Virus record (IMG/VR): IMGVR_UViG_3300029258_002856
Length of the DNA stretch: 64,000 nucleotides
Direction: 5' to 3' (one strand)
DNA from: a virus
Part shown: piece by piece, positions 48,125 through 58,228 of the stretch
Layout of the letters: every line of letters begins with the position of its first letter
Position numbering within the stretch: position 1 is the first letter of the stretch
Notes under the pieces: generated by a model
The model's database searches: none
What the model saw: only the letters and a program-made list of their open reading frames with translations
Told to the model about the DNA's origin: nothing
Position numbers and translations under genes: made by a program

Positions 48125-50785
48125 ATGGCCGACCAGAATATTGATTTCAGGCAAGGTGGAGATTCCGGTGAGCGCGACGACCCAGATGCGATTGAGCGCT
48201 ACAACGACGGGGAGCCCGCGAGCGAAACGGTCTTTCGTCGTCCGCCTGAAAACCTGCGCAGTCGCACCGAGATTCTAAGAACCGAAGGAGAGGACCAGAA
48301 GTATCTCCAAGACTCCGATATGCGCTGGATGATCTCTGCGGGTTCGGATGTCGGTGTTGCCAGTGGGGCTAACATGCCCAGCGTGTCGTGGGATGCGACG
48401 ACTGGGAAGTTCACCATCTCAGATGAGATTGTCGTCCAGCCTCTCAGCACACCAGCAACGGACAGCAAAGAGACGAAGACATACACATGGGGGGTCTCTC
48501 CCAGCGATGTCGATTTCAATTTCATCGCACAGCTCTTCGCTTACGAGGGGATGAACTGGCGGGAGATTCATTGGGAAGAGAAGCCGCCAGCTGAAATTCC
48601 TAACAACGTGTGCGAAGCTGTTGTTTCCGGAGACCCGAAAAACATCCTGACCATTACTATTCGGGATGACGGGAACACGCAAGCGCAGGACGTGGATGAT
48701 GCCCTGACACTGATAGTTGCGGACCTCACGACGATGGGCATCACCTATAGCATGGTGGGGCTCAATAGTGTCTACATCACGCTGCCAACGAGTGACGCCA
48801 TCTACCGTTTCCAGAAGACCTGGGAACGTGAGATGCACCACATTACGCCCACGGCGTTCTCGGACTTTTTCACGAGTGAATCTTTGAGTGACGGTGATAC
48901 GCTCGCCATCTTCTACGACATGATGTACGACCCGACCCCGGCGGTGGGAGGGCGTAAGCAATCGACCATTGATACGATTGACCCTGTGACTACGTTCCCG
49001 CCGAACACACATGTTCGGTTTGGTCAGCTGTTCATCACGTCGGATGAGCAGGAGAAGATTCCGCTTTGCATCCCCATCTGTAAGCGCATCGGTGACGATC
49101 TCATCTTCCTGGACGGTACTATCGTGTCGGACCCGCAGTCCGGAACGGTGCACTTCGGAGAGAACGGCTATACGCTTAACGCCCTGGCGGCAGCCGCATC
49201 GAGCGTTCTCGTGTCTGTGACGAAAGACTGGTATGGGGGGCTCACTCCGTCCTTTGCTCCGTCATCGGTTATTGAAGATTGCATCAACGGGATGATTCTG
49301 GACCTGGCAGAGGCCGATGACACGTTGAACATGAGCGGTGCGCGGCGTGTTGGTGTGGATGCGTACGACGGCACTCCTCCTGGTGACAGCCTCGATCTTT
49401 GGGCTTGGATAGATGGGTCTGTCCGCAGTACTTTTGAGACGGCGCAGACGGTCCTGAACCGTAAAGCGTCCTTGGCCTACGACGAGAATGTTACGGGGGA
49501 CTGGACTTTTGACGGCGAAGAAACATTTAATGGCGTTGTCAATCTCAACCAGAGGGTAAATCTGAACAGCTACCTCTACCTGCCGTTGTCAGGGGTTGTT
49601 TGGGACCTGTACTTGAAAAACACGGCAGTTGGTGCCACTACCCACACCGATTTCATGTGGGGGACCGTTTCGCACTACGAGTACATGGGCGGTGCGCACA
49701 TGATGCTCATTGGTGCCAAAGCTACGTCCTTCGCCGTACAGAATGCGGCTCCCGATGACATCGGTACGGGGACTGTGATTCGAGTTGTTGAGACCGCGCA
49801 GGGTGATTGGCGATTCGATATCAAGAGTGGTTTGAGCGCAGGGGACCCGATTGACTGGGATACTTCGGACCTGACGTACTGGGCGCATTACGATAGTGGG
49901 GATTCCAATTGGAAGCATGAATTCCGAGGGCTTGTATTCTGGGAAGACGGTGGAGTGTCCAAGCGGGATGTAGTACTCGCGTACGACTCTACGGGGGTAG
50001 GAGTCAATGGGCGGTTGTTGCTCCGTGCGTCGGATGAACATGACAAGGGCGTAAAGTCTTGGTTAAAGACCAATTCTTCCGGTTCGCAGCCAAGAGTCTC
50101 GCGCTACTACATGGACGAGATTAGCAAGCCGGGCAATGCTGAAGGCGTTATTTTCATCGATGCGTATAACTGTACGTGGAGCCATACCACTTTCCAATGG
50201 AGCCGGGTGCAGAGCGGTGCTGCGCATATTGTAGTGTACACGAACTACGGAATTCGCGTGTATTTGCGGGACCCTGCAAGCTCGAGTACCTGGGGCACTG
50301 GTGCAGATTCGCAGGACTACAAGACTGGATGGGATGATTATTACGATGTTATCCCGCGCTATAGCGATAAGAATGAGGTTATTCCGTCGCCGTACATCAT
50401 GGGAGGCACCATCATCGATACGGCAGGTTGGGTGGATATAAACGATGATTTGGATTGGCGTACCCGCTATGTGATGTTCGATGTCGTACTTGACGCGAAC
50501 GCGGGACTGCTGACCAACGCGGGGCAAAACTACCAAGAAGACCTTTTTGCAAATAGCAAGATTGTTTATCTAGATAGTGCAGGCGCTGTGCTTAATTTTG
50601 AACGTACATACAAAAGTGCGATTAGCGGTACGGACATTATCGGGAGAGGTAATGGGTCGGGGAGCGAAGTTGACCTCCGAGCGAATACATCTACGGGTAC
50701 GCTGCAAATTAGTACCGTGTCTACCACGAACGTGTACTACCTTATCATCGCAGCGCCCACGATATCGCGCAGTGCGTTTGCCTAG
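48125..50785 (+). CDS. Large virion structural (tail/fibre) protein
   Basis: 886 aa; AAGGAG SD; ends the tail gene block. Confidence 0.55.
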   Translation: MADQNIDFRQGGDSGERDDPDAIERYNDGEPASETVFRRPPENLRSRTEILRTEGEDQKYLQDSDMRWMISAGSDVGVASGANMPSVSWDATTGKFTISDEIVVQPLSTPATDSKETKTYTWGVSPSDVDFNFIAQLFAYEGMNWREIHWEEKPPAEIPNNVCEAVVSGDPKNILTITIRDDGNTQAQDVDDALTLIVADLTTMGITYSMVGLNSVYITLPTSDAIYRFQKTWEREMHHITPTAFSDFFTSESLSDGDTLAIFYDMMYDPTPAVGGRKQSTIDTIDPVTTFPPNTHVRFGQLFITSDEQEKIPLCIPICKRIGDDLIFLDGTIVSDPQSGTVHFGENGYTLNALAAAASSVLVSVTKDWYGGLTPSFAPSSVIEDCINGMILDLAEADDTLNMSGARRVGVDAYDGTPPGDSLDLWAWIDGSVRSTFETAQTVLNRKASLAYDENVTGDWTFDGEETFNGVVNLNQRVNLNSYLYLPLSGVVWDLYLKNTAVGATTHTDFMWGTVSHYEYMGGAHMMLIGAKATSFAVQNAAPDDIGTGTVIRVVETAQGDWRFDIKSGLSAGDPIDWDTSDLTYWAHYDSGDSNWKHEFRGLVFWEDGGVSKRDVVLAYDSTGVGVNGRLLLRASDEHDKGVKSWLKTNSSGSQPRVSRYYMDEISKPGNAEGVIFIDAYNCTWSHTTFQWSRVQSGAAHIVVYTNYGIRVYLRDPASSSTWGTGADSQDYKTGWDDYYDVIPRYSDKNEVIPSPYIMGGTIIDTAGWVDINDDLDWRTRYVMFDVVLDANAGLLTNAGQNYQEDLFANSKIVYLDSAGAVLNFERTYKSAISGTDIIGRGNGSGSEVDLRANTSTGTLQISTVSTTNVYYLIIAAPTISRSAFA

Positions 50786-50788
50786 CAA

Positions 50789-51271
50789 TTATTGAAATTT
50801 GAAGGGGTCAGGGGATGTTGATAGTGTGACGTCCACGCCTGACGTCACCCATTGCATAATTCCATTCGCCAATTTGGCTTTAGCTCCCGGGAGGGGTGGG
50901 ACCATTGATGCCACTAGAATGTCGGCTAGTTGGGGTGCTACCGGTGCTACAGCAGTGGCTGTTGGCCACATGGCGCTGATGGGAGCGGCGTTCCAGTAGG
51001 CGATGAAGGCCTGCTGCATGAGGAGGCAGCTGCTTGCGGGGTCTTTAGGGGCTGTAAACGCAGGGACTAATACCTCGGTCATTGCTTGGACTGCGCTCGG
51101 AAGTAGATTGGTAGTCGGCAGAATAGGCACGCTGTCAAGACCGGCAAAGCCAAAAAAATTGGCGAAGGCTTTAGCAAAAGCCCTCGCCGCATCGGCGGGT
51201 GTCGGCAGAGGTTTCAAGTCGTATGCCTTGAGCTCCGCGATGTAAGAAGTGAGGCCTGCGGGGAGGGGCAC
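50789..51271 (-). CDS. Hypothetical protein
   Basis: 160 aa, Ala/Pro-rich. Confidence 0.55.
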   Translation of the reverse strand: MPLPAGLTSYIAELKAYDLKPLPTPADAARAFAKAFANFFGFAGLDSVPILPTTNLLPSAVQAMTEVLVPAFTAPKDPASSCLLMQQAFIAYWNAAPISAMWPTATAVAPVAPQLADILVASMVPPLPGAKAKLANGIMQWVTSGVDVTLSTSPDPFKFQ

Positions 51272-51274
51272 GGT

Positions 51275-51478
51275 TTACTCCGTAAAGGGATTGGCGATGG
51301 GGATGATGCCTTGTACCTGGACCTTTTCGGGGTCCACGATGAGGTGTAGTTTCAATCCGTTGTGAGCTTTGAGGCACTCCTTACAGATGAAACCCTGGCT
51401 GCGGTTACCGAGAAGCAGGCGTAGCGCGCCTTTGGTATCGGTGGTCTGGCAGCTATCGATGAGACATGTTTCTTCCAT
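51275..51478 (-). CDS. Small Zn-finger protein
   Basis: CLIDSC...CKEC; GGAGG SD. Confidence 0.55.
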   Translation of the reverse strand: MEETCLIDSCQTTDTKGALRLLLGNRSQGFICKECLKAHNGLKLHLIVDPEKVQVQGIIPIANPFTE

Positions 51479-51487
51479 GGGTTCCTC

Positions 51488-54166
51488 CTAACCGCAGACC
51501 CCATCATTATACGAGCAGTTCCTACACGTTGAACAGAGGCCTGTCCGTACGAGCGGATGTCCGCATTGGGGGCACATGTCCTCACTCAAGTCTGGGATGT
51601 CATCGTCTTCTGGTATGATGGATGACAGGAGTTCGTCGTCTCCTCCTTCCATATGTGCGACTTCTTCTTGCTCTCCCTCGTCTAAGAACCGTTCTTTCAT
51701 CCACCGGGCGATGTAGTCCATGATGGATTTGGCGGTTGGTATCTTTGGGTTAGGAGTGAACCCGGCCGGAGGGAATTTCGACGCTTCCATGTGGGAGATA
51801 AGTTCTTCTAGTGGGATGTTGTACTGCAATGCTTTGGAGAACAATGTAGCATAGCTGTCGAGAAGTCCTCCGACTGTTGACCCGAATCGTGCCATCCGGA
51901 TGAACAACTCGATTGGTTCCTCGGTGAGGGGGTCGAGGCCGACGTGGAAGTACCCGTGGTACGTTCCGATGGTGAACTTGTGGCGTAAGGTTTCAACGTC
52001 GTCTGGGGGCTGTTGGCGCTGGGGTACTTGTCGGACAATCTCCTTTTCTTTGAGCTCCCGGATGCGCAGGGGCTCACTCATCTTGGAACCGCTTCGGTAG
52101 ATGGTGATGCACTTGAGGCCCCGCTCCCAGGCTTTCAAGAAGGTGCGCTCGATGTCTGCAACCGTGCTGTTGGTCGACATGTTGAACGTTTTAGAAACGG
52201 CACCGGACAGAAAGGGCTGCACTGCGGCTACCATGTTGATGTGTCCGTCGATGGTGATACACCGCTCTTGTCCCGGCATTGTGAGTGCGCAGTCGAATAC
52301 GGGAAGATGATTATCGGGAAGCTGTGAACCCTCGAGATGCCCATGCTCTTCGATGTAGTCGAGGAGGGTGTGGATAATGTCCCTTTCGTATCCCAGTGAC
52401 ATCAGCGCCGAAGTTACGTTAGGGTTGGCGTAGGACATGACGCCTCCGCCGACCATGATTTTTGTTTTCTGGAGCCCGATGTCCGGTTCAATGCCTGTTG
52501 TGGCGCAGTCCATCATGTAGGCGGTGGTGCCGGTTGGGGCGAGGAGGGTTACCTGGGCATTCCGGAATCCCGTTCCCTTGTCGACTGATTTCCTTCGCCC
52601 GATGCCTACCCCGAGTACCTCTTGCCAGAGACTTACTGCTTTTCCGGACAATCCCAGCACGTCTTTGCGTAAGCTACGAGTAGTAGACGCGTGGGTGTCC
52701 AGCACGTCTTCCATGTAGTTTTTATTAGCTTCGTAGCGTGAGAAGGGTCCCAGCTGGTCGGCGATGCGGCTGCTCATGATGTAGGCTTCAGCGGTCATCA
52801 TGCTTGTAATCGACGCCGCCACGTCGCGTCCCTCTTCGCTATCGTAAGGGAGTGCCATGTGCATCAGGAGGCCTCCGAGATTGGCGTAACCCAATCCAAG
52901 AGGGCGATAGGCATGGCTGCTCTTCTCAATCTCTTCGGTGGGGTATCCAGCGGTTTCTATCAGGATATCCTGTGCGAGAATCATCACGTCTACAACGTGC
53001 CGGAAGTGTTTGTGGTCGAAAGTGCGTGCATCCACGAGAAATTTATCCAGGTTGATGCTTGCCAGGTTGCATGCGGAGTTGTTGAGCCACATGAATTCAG
53101 AGCATGGGTTACTGGCCTCGATGGTGCCGTCTGCGGCACAGGTATTGTAGCGGTTAACGGTATCGTGGAATTGAATACCCGGGTCCCCACAAGCGTGCGC
53201 AGCTTCGGCTAGCTGGTGGAACAGCTCCTTCACTGACACAACGTCCGCGACGGTTCCGTCAACCCGGTTTTTCAGCTCCCAGAACTCGTCGGGCTTGTAG
53301 CCGTGCAGCACGTCCTTTACGAGTTGCATGAAATCATCAGTTACACGAACGGAGTTGTTACCGCTCTGGTGTTTGGCGATGGAGTAGGCGCTGTCGATGT
53401 CGTGAAATTCTGTGGACATCCCGGCCTCTGCCAGGATGGAAACAATCTGCTCCTGGTCAGCTTTGCAGGTGATGAACTTCACGATGTCGGGGTGGTCGAT
53501 GTTGAGGATGACCATCCGGGCCGCGCGTCGAGTGCGCCCTCCGGACAGGATGACGTTGGCGAACGCATCATAGCCCTGCATGAAGGACACAGGACCGGAG
53601 GCTCTCCCGCCGCCCCGGATAGACTCGTTGGAGCCGCGGAGAGATGAGAGGTTGACTCCGCTGCCGGAGCCGTCCTTGAAAATCATGCCTTCGGTCTGGG
53701 CTAGCTGGAGGATGGAGGGCATGCTGTCTTCCACCGAGTTAATGAAGCACGCGGATGCCTGAGGGTTTTCTACTCCCGGAACCCCGACGTTGAACCAGAC
53801 TGGGCTGTTGAAGGTGGCGAGTTGGTTAACCAGGATGTAGCGCAGCTCGTTGGCGAAGATGTCGGCGTCTTCTTCCTCCTTGAAGTATTCCTGCTCCTGG
53901 CCGCTCTTCTTGATGGCGGAAACTACGCGTTCCACCATCTGTTTGACGCTCACCTCTTTTTCTTCCGCTATCCGTGATTCCCGGAAGTATTTGCTAGCAA
54001 CGATTTGTTTGGCCTGGTCGGACCAGGTAGCGGGGAATTCAGCGTTGCGGCACTCGTAAACGATGTCACCGTCTGTTGAGTATGTACGCACATCTTCTGT
54101 GGTCCAAGAAACGTCATCGTAAACATCGGTGTCGACTTCGGTGAAAAGTCGTGCGACTTTCGGCAT
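51488..54166 (-). CDS. nrdJ: Class II (adenosylcobalamin-dependent) ribonucleotide reductase
   Basis: FNSPVWFN, SACFI, GGRTRRAA, NPCSEF, APTGT, KCITIYR; C-terminal TSCPD-like domain and Cys pairs; no intein seen. Confidence 0.95.
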   Translation of the reverse strand: MPKVARLFTEVDTDVYDDVSWTTEDVRTYSTDGDIVYECRNAEFPATWSDQAKQIVASKYFRESRIAEEKEVSVKQMVERVVSAIKKSGQEQEYFKEEEDADIFANELRYILVNQLATFNSPVWFNVGVPGVENPQASACFINSVEDSMPSILQLAQTEGMIFKDGSGSGVNLSSLRGSNESIRGGGRASGPVSFMQGYDAFANVILSGGRTRRAARMVILNIDHPDIVKFITCKADQEQIVSILAEAGMSTEFHDIDSAYSIAKHQSGNNSVRVTDDFMQLVKDVLHGYKPDEFWELKNRVDGTVADVVSVKELFHQLAEAAHACGDPGIQFHDTVNRYNTCAADGTIEASNPCSEFMWLNNSACNLASINLDKFLVDARTFDHKHFRHVVDVMILAQDILIETAGYPTEEIEKSSHAYRPLGLGYANLGGLLMHMALPYDSEEGRDVAASITSMMTAEAYIMSSRIADQLGPFSRYEANKNYMEDVLDTHASTTRSLRKDVLGLSGKAVSLWQEVLGVGIGRRKSVDKGTGFRNAQVTLLAPTGTTAYMMDCATTGIEPDIGLQKTKIMVGGGVMSYANPNVTSALMSLGYERDIIHTLLDYIEEHGHLEGSQLPDNHLPVFDCALTMPGQERCITIDGHINMVAAVQPFLSGAVSKTFNMSTNSTVADIERTFLKAWERGLKCITIYRSGSKMSEPLRIRELKEKEIVRQVPQRQQPPDDVETLRHKFTIGTYHGYFHVGLDPLTEEPIELFIRMARFGSTVGGLLDSYATLFSKALQYNIPLEELISHMEASKFPPAGFTPNPKIPTAKSIMDYIARWMKERFLDEGEQEEVAHMEGGDDELLSSIIPEDDDIPDLSEDMCPQCGHPLVRTGLCSTCRNCSYNDGVCG

Positions 54167-54178
54167 CTGTTGTTCCTC

Positions 54179-54763
54179 CTAAAAATCGGTCTGCCGCTGC
54201 GGTGCGGAACGGTCCTTTCCTTTGGGGTTTCTTATACCGTGAATTACTTCGACTTGATGACGCTTACGCAAGGTAGGAGTGGGTTTCCCGAAGAGTGCGT
54301 GCGCCATATGCGCTAACCAAGCGGCGTCGGCTTCGTCGTCGGTCAGCTGCTTATCCCATTCTTTTTCGGCGGCCAGTTGCATGTTCTGCTTGCCGCACGA
54401 GCCATGCCCCGTCGTGTAGCGCTTCAGCTGCGTTGGGGGTACGACGTAGATCGGGCAGCTGAAGTCCGCGACCGCTACGGCGTAAACCCCGCGTATTTGT
54501 CCCAGGTCATCGGCGCGGTTGATTGCCTCGAGTGCCGGACCTTCAATGCACGCACCGGTAATCGTGTATTTGAGATACACGGAATGCAGAATCATACGCA
54601 GTTGGTCGCGTAAATCCTGCAACCGGAGAATGCCGCGTTGCTGGCTTTGCAATACATGTGTTTGGAGCTGCACGGAGGTTTCGTCGACCTTGATGATTGC
54701 TAAACCGGTGTGGCGTAAAGCGGGGTCGACCCCTACGTAGCTTCTTGACGTTGTATCGGGCAT
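54179..54763 (-). CDS. ruvC: RuvC-like Holliday junction resolvase
   Basis: VGVDPALRHTG, CIEG, PTQLKRYTTGHG.CGK, DDEADA. Confidence 0.88.
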   Translation of the reverse strand: MPDTTSRSYVGVDPALRHTGLAIIKVDETSVQLQTHVLQSQQRGILRLQDLRDQLRMILHSVYLKYTITGACIEGPALEAINRADDLGQIRGVYAVAVADFSCPIYVVPPTQLKRYTTGHGSCGKQNMQLAAEKEWDKQLTDDEADAAWLAHMAHALFGKPTPTLRKRHQVEVIHGIRNPKGKDRSAPQRQTDF

Positions 54764-54807
54764 GGCCTACTATTTTTGACAGAAAAACACGGGAAGGTCA
54801 AATGTAA

Positions 54808-55458
54808 ATGGCCAAAATAACTATCGAATATGACAAGGCAATTCTTGCCAACGGCTACTTCATGAAAACGATGGTGAAGCCGTTCCCGGACACCGAACCT
54901 GCCGGGGATTTGGAAGAGTGTCTCGTCATTCAAGAAGCGAGCTACACGCAAGACGAGCGCATCCTCCGGGTGGCGGAGCCCACAGAACTCGTGGAGTTCG
55001 CGGTTGCGGACCCATTGGTATTTTTCCGGTCATCGGAAATCGGAGCGTTGACGGTTCCGGCCGGGTATACTCTGCGCCTCCCCATGCAGCCGGAGTGGGT
55101 GCATCTCGGTTACGTGGGAGATTACATCGATTTTGAAATCACGGGACAGGTTGGAGAGATAATTCAAGTAGCAACTGCAATACCCTCGTTCTATCGAGGA
55201 GACTTCCTCCTCTTCAGTGTTTACCCCGTGCCGCCTCTGATGGCTCCTTGGTATGCCGGAACTATCGGCTATGCGTTGCGCAACGATGCGGGCGCTGCTG
55301 AAACCCTTCGCATTGATGAGCACGTTGACATGTTCAGCGACATTGTGACGGGGGCGAACAAGCAGACCATCCTGGGGGCACAAGCACAGGCGTTAGTGGA
55401 CGCCACGAATGTCGACGAAGAGTCCTTCTCGGGCACTGACACCGAGGTATACGAATGA
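54808..55458 (+). CDS. Hypothetical (putative virion) protein, paralog family A
   Basis: ILRVAEPTEL and C-terminal FSGTDTEVYE resemble motifs in the next two ORFs. Confidence 0.55.
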   Translation: MAKITIEYDKAILANGYFMKTMVKPFPDTEPAGDLEECLVIQEASYTQDERILRVAEPTELVEFAVADPLVFFRSSEIGALTVPAGYTLRLPMQPEWVHLGYVGDYIDFEITGQVGEIIQVATAIPSFYRGDFLLFSVYPVPPLMAPWYAGTIGYALRNDAGAAETLRIDEHVDMFSDIVTGANKQTILGAQAQALVDATNVDEESFSGTDTEVYE

Positions 55459-55823
55459 GCACCCTGATTGAACTCCGGGTCACTCAGACCGTTGAGGAGG
55501 GGCCGCTTTACCGCGTAAACATGGAGGTGCTTCACGCCTCTGACATCTCTCCCGATATCTTTGTGTTCGAAGTTGCCTGTGATGACTATTCGCATGTAGC
55601 AACTCCTTTTGACCTTGAGCATGTCCCTACTACTCCGGAAGTTGCTGAAAATGACGGCATCAACTATTATCGACAGCGCACTGTAACAAAGGACTTTGAC
55701 ACTGTGGATGCCGCTCGAGAGTTTTCGACGTATACGCGAGGGCGTGTCGGCTATCTGGTACGTGAGTATCCGAAGGTCGTTGGTGACTTCGAGGGTACAC
55801 ACGACTACACCTACGAGGATTAG
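55455..55823 (+). CDS. Hypothetical (putative virion) protein, paralog family A
   Basis: 122 aa; aligns by eye with the N-terminus of 55826. Confidence 0.6.
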   Translation: MSTLIELRVTQTVEEGPLYRVNMEVLHASDISPDIFVFEVACDDYSHVATPFDLEHVPTTPEVAENDGINYYRQRTVTKDFDTVDAAREFSTYTRGRVGYLVREYPKVVGDFEGTHDYTYED

Positions 55824-55825
55824 CG

Positions 55826-56887
55826 ATGACGATGGCCCCCACGATTGTAAATCAGGAGCGCCAGCAGGAACTGCTGTCAGACGGCACGCTCAAGTACGTC
55901 ATCCTCTCCACGGTCACGGACCCTGGAGAACTCCCGCACACGCACCTCTTTGTGTTTCAAATCGTGGATACCGTCGATCCCAAGGACGACATCTTCCTTC
56001 GGGTGGGGAACCCTTACGACCTTGAAAATGTAAACGTCAGCCGCATCGACGCCGTGGACGACGGGGAGCAGTACTACCTGGCCTCGGAGTTACGTAAAGA
56101 GTACAAGACTCTCGACACTGCTCTTGACGCCAAGGATGCCATCAATTCGCGCATCAATGATGCCGTCAAGGCGTGGTACTCCTACATCACGGAGTTCGAA
56201 GGGTCGGACACCGAGGACTATCCGACTACGGACCCCTCGTACGAGCAAGCACTCAAGGATGCCTATGCGACTGCAAAAGAGAACCGGAAGGCGGCGGAGG
56301 ACGCAGTTACCGCGTCGGACACGGCGCTCACGCTGGCGCAGTCGGAAGCGTCTCTGGCTCAGCAGAAAGTCCAAATCTATGCGAATGAAGTCGAGTTCTG
56401 TGAGACTGCCCGGGTTACATACTGGGTCACCTACTACGGCGCTGTCGGCTCCTACACCCCCGAGGTCACTAACCTACGCAACAACTACCAGTCCTACATC
56501 GAGGATATCGTTGCGGCGTATGATGCAGCAAATACGAACCCATATCCGAATCCTCCCACGGCTCCAGGGTGGAACCCCGTCTGGACGGCTCTGAACACCC
56601 ACTTCTCCGACCCCTCGGACTTCACTACTGGCCCGCAGGCCACGTTCCAGGAGAAGGAGAACTTCGGCAGCCTCCTGGACAGTGCGTTTGCATCCTTCTG
56701 TTCCAACGCGGCGGCCAATCATGCAGCGGCCCTCAGCGAGAAGCAGCTCAAGGACCAAGACGTCGCGGATGCTGTCACAGCAAAAGAAGAGGCAGAGGCC
56801 GCGTTGGTTGCGGCCCAGCAGGCAGAGGACGAAGCCTTAGCAGCAGTGCTTGCTGTCTGCCCGGACTTCGACCCACTGTCTGTCTAG
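55826..56887 (+). CDS. Paralog family A domain plus a long Ala-rich coiled coil
   Basis: 353 aa with heptad repeats. Confidence 0.6.
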   Translation: MTMAPTIVNQERQQELLSDGTLKYVILSTVTDPGELPHTHLFVFQIVDTVDPKDDIFLRVGNPYDLENVNVSRIDAVDDGEQYYLASELRKEYKTLDTALDAKDAINSRINDAVKAWYSYITEFEGSDTEDYPTTDPSYEQALKDAYATAKENRKAAEDAVTASDTALTLAQSEASLAQQKVQIYANEVEFCETARVTYWVTYYGAVGSYTPEVTNLRNNYQSYIEDIVAAYDAANTNPYPNPPTAPGWNPVWTALNTHFSDPSDFTTGPQATFQEKENFGSLLDSAFASFCSNAAANHAAALSEKQLKDQDVADAVTAKEEAEAALVAAQQAEDEALAAVLAVCPDFDPLSV

Positions 56888-56890
56888 CCT

Positions 56891-58228
56891 CTATCGGTGT
56901 AGGTACGGTACTTCCCTCCAGTGTTTGTAGAAGTCGCTGAAGCTCTGGACGGTTGCCGTCCAGGCTAGGGGGCGTCGTCCGCCCCAGTTGAAATGTAATT
57001 CGATGGCATCTCCGTAGCTAGGGACCATCGTCAGGATGCTGTAACTTGTTTTCACCCATCCGCATTGTTTGTACGGGCTGCGGTCGATGTGCGCGGCGCA
57101 GGCTAGAAGGGCTTTGCGCTTCTTCGTCATGCGCCCGCGCCACTCGGGCCAACTTCGGTCGTAGCCGTATTCCGAGAGGACGTGTTTCGCCTCTTTGAAA
57201 GACGAGAAAGCCACGTCGATGTTGTTGCTGTTGGCAGTGCGGTAACGCAGGCCGAACCGCAAGATGTTCTTGTGGGTACGCCAGTCGTAGTCGATGTAGA
57301 AGCTCCCCACGCAGATGTGGCGGTCGAATCGCTCGGATAGTTCTCCGCTGTTCGCTAGAAGATACCGAAGCTGTGCGTCATTGAAGGGGATGTGCACCTT
57401 AGAGAGTACCTCTTCCGCGGCCTCGTCTTCCGTTTGTGCGAATGCTCCTGCGCAGCGGGCTATCTGCCAGCGCTCGGCGTAACAGAGACATCCCGCGTGC
57501 ACCAGGCAAGTAGGACACACTTCGCGGCGAAAACGGTTAACACGGTTGCGTTCCACGGCAGCATCGGAGGTCCGGTGGGAGTTCTCTGCGACCACGGAGA
57601 AGTCGTGCGCATCCAACGGGCGTTTCAGTTTGGCGAACACCGTCTCCCGGTCCCACCCTTCAGGTTTCGTCAGCATGGGGCTGATGTATGTGAAGGGGCC
57701 GATCTTCGTCACCGAAGATTGGAGGACTTCTCCGTTGAGTTCGTCCACGTCTGCGCCGTCATAGTCCGGGGTCGAGTACCCATCGTGGAGATAACGTCGG
57801 ATAGCACAAAGGCGCGGCATGTCATAGGCCGGAAGCTCCGCGCAGCCGTTGCACCCGATGATGTATTTGTGAGGGAGAGGGCACTCTTCGTACACCTCGT
57901 AGGGGTGAAACTTTCTCGCGGAATCCCGATTGAGGATGTAGACGTACTCTCCCATGCGTGAAGTGTGTATGCGCGAGATAACGTCATCCCCGATATCTCC
58001 AGCGATTCGGATAACCGGATGCGGGAGACTCCCGCGGTGCACGTACATGATGCACGGATAGCCGAGTACGTCGTGGACCAATTGACTCTCGGACAGGAGT
58101 TTCAGATTCTCGGGGGTGACTATCTGTTGCGACGTGTCCAGGGTGGAGAACAGCAATTCCGGGTAATCGTCATCCACGCAGAACGTGAAGACCTCACGCA
58201 ATTTGTACGCTGGCAATCTGGCTGTCAT
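56891..58228 (-). CDS. Cys-rich hypothetical protein, RT operon partner
   Basis: 445 aa; overlaps the RT 3' end by 35 nt; two Cys clusters. Confidence 0.7.
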   Translation of the reverse strand: MTARLPAYKLREVFTFCVDDDYPELLFSTLDTSQQIVTPENLKLLSESQLVHDVLGYPCIMYVHRGSLPHPVIRIAGDIGDDVISRIHTSRMGEYVYILNRDSARKFHPYEVYEECPLPHKYIIGCNGCAELPAYDMPRLCAIRRYLHDGYSTPDYDGADVDELNGEVLQSSVTKIGPFTYISPMLTKPEGWDRETVFAKLKRPLDAHDFSVVAENSHRTSDAAVERNRVNRFRREVCPTCLVHAGCLCYAERWQIARCAGAFAQTEDEAAEEVLSKVHIPFNDAQLRYLLANSGELSERFDRHICVGSFYIDYDWRTHKNILRFGLRYRTANSNNIDVAFSSFKEAKHVLSEYGYDRSWPEWRGRMTKKRKALLACAAHIDRSPYKQCGWVKTSYSILTMVPSYGDAIELHFNWGGRRPLAWTATVQSFSDFYKHWREVPYLHR

